Assembly: GCA_963664825.1 (NCBI GenBank)
Contig: OY761614.1
Span: forward strand, 2,656,001-2,720,000
Reading direction: 5' to 3'
Source: an uncultured Holophaga sp.
GTDB taxonomy: Bacteria; Acidobacteriota; Holophagae; Holophagales; Holophagaceae
Length of the DNA: 64,000 nucleotides
Both the position numbers and the translations under genes were made by a program. The notes under the pieces were generated by a model. The model had not been told where the DNA came from, ran no database searches, and saw nothing but the letters and a program-made list of their open reading frames with translations. Of the stretch, positions 62,901 to 64,000 are shown piece by piece (position 1 is the first letter of the stretch; the number at the start of each line of letters is the position of its first letter).

Positions 62901-63824
62901 GTGAGACTCCAGGAATCCGATATCATCCAGCGCATCCGGGCCACCTTTCCCGGCGGGGAGGCTCTCACCGACGATTGCGGCGCACTGCCCCAGGTTCCAC
63001 CGGATTGCAGGCTGCTTGTCACGACCGATCTCATGGAAGCCGGCCAGCATTTTCGGTTGGACTGGCATCCGCCGGCCATGCTGGCCCGCAAGCTCCTCGC
63101 GGTCAATCTCTCGGATCTGGACGCCAGCGGGGCCGTGCCCCTGGGCTTCACGCTGACGCTGGCTCTCGGCACCGATCTCGATCCGGCCTGGCTGGGGGCA
63201 TTCCTGGATGGATTGGCGGAGGCGGCGAGATCCTGGAAGGTGCCCGTCATCGGCGGGGATACCGTGGGCCGTTCCTCGGGACTCGGCCTGGGCATCACGG
63301 CCTTCGGTGCGGCCCGGCGCTGGTTGCAGCGTTCGGAACTGCGTGCCGGGGATGGAATCTACGTGGATCAGGAACTGGGGAGGAGCCTGCGCGGACTCCG
63401 GAAGCTGCAGGAGGGACGGCGCTGGGTTCCCCTCCACCCCGATCCCGATCTGGCGGCCCATCTGGACCCGAGGCCGAATCTGGGCCTGGGGCCGCGCCTG
63501 GCCGAAATCCCCGAGGTGCATGCCTGCATCGATCTCTCGGATGGTCTCAGCAAGGACCTGCGTATGCTGGCCGAGGCTTCCAGCTTGAGCATCCTGCTGG
63601 CCCCTGGACTGGGGTCCGAACAAATATTTGGCGGCGAGGACTATGCCCGTTGTTTCTCCAGCAGCCTGGCTCAGGAAGATCTGGAGGCACGCCTGGGCCT
63701 GCGGTTCTCCCGGGTGGGGGAAGCCGTCCCGCGGAGGGAAGCGCCGCTCCTCATCTATGATGAAGGTGAGCTGCGTCCCCTTCCGGACCAGAGCTTCGAC
63801 CACTTCGCCCCAAGGACCCAATGA
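62901..63824 (+). CDS. thiL: Thiamine-phosphate kinase
   Basis: DDCG, TTDLMEAGQHF, VNLSDL.A.GA, IGGDT, CIDLSDGL, GGEDY. Confidence 0.93.
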   Translation: MRLQESDIIQRIRATFPGGEALTDDCGALPQVPPDCRLLVTTDLMEAGQHFRLDWHPPAMLARKLLAVNLSDLDASGAVPLGFTLTLALGTDLDPAWLGAFLDGLAEAARSWKVPVIGGDTVGRSSGLGLGITAFGAARRWLQRSELRAGDGIYVDQELGRSLRGLRKLQEGRRWVPLHPDPDLAAHLDPRPNLGLGPRLAEIPEVHACIDLSDGLSKDLRMLAEASSLSILLAPGLGSEQIFGGEDYARCFSSSLAQEDLEARLGLRFSRVGEAVPRREAPLLIYDEGELRPLPDQSFDHFAPRTQ

Positions 63825-64000
63825 CAGAGCTGACCGAAAATTCCGCCCCAGGCCCAGAACCCAAGCAGAGCCTCTGGGGCCGGTGCAAGCTCCACATCCT
63901 CCATCCCGAACTCACACCCCAGCAGGTGGCCCTCAGCTTCGGCATCGGGTTTGCCATCTGTTGGAATCCGCTGGTGGGCATCCACACCGTCCTGATCTTG
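63821..64000 (+). CDS. DUF2062-like membrane protein, partial
   Basis: ATG overlaps the thiL stop; TPQQVALSFGIGFAICWNPLVGIHT. Confidence 0.7.
   Translation, partial: MTELTENSAPGPEPKQSLWGRCKLHILHPELTPQQVALSFGIGFAICWNPLVGIHTVLIL

Overview
GC-rich bacterial chromosome window. The gene style is compatible with Acidobacteriota/Holophagae, but that is inference only. It has four parts. (1) 1-11.7 kb: a minus-strand class I lanthipeptide cluster with a C39-peptidase ABC exporter (runs off the left edge), an HlyD adaptor, full-length LanB and LanC. It carries two double-glycine LxLxKx5L-type precursors with unrelated cores (one absent from the ORF track) and a third 33-aa leader-like peptide gene, and is interspersed with IS66, IS5 and IS3-like sequences. 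(2) 11.9-21.9 kb: nested IS debris, then the deleted early region of a Mu-like prophage (repressor, Ner, GemA, antirepressor with c4-type antisense repeats). (3) 22.3-50.3 kb: a ~28 kb island integrated at tRNA-Ser(GCT), bounded by a 14-bp direct repeat. It combines a P4-type integrase, excisionase, phage-like replication genes and MobC/relaxase with defence cargo: a type I R-M system with a PHP-ATPase and a HEPN-like gene between hsdS and hsdR, and a SIR2-STAND protein. (4) 50.3-64 kb: housekeeping genes (tlyA, mltG, rapZ, secA, ndk, proS, cheX, ferredoxin, thiL) with a broken IS110. All calls come from manual motif reading; no database searches were run.
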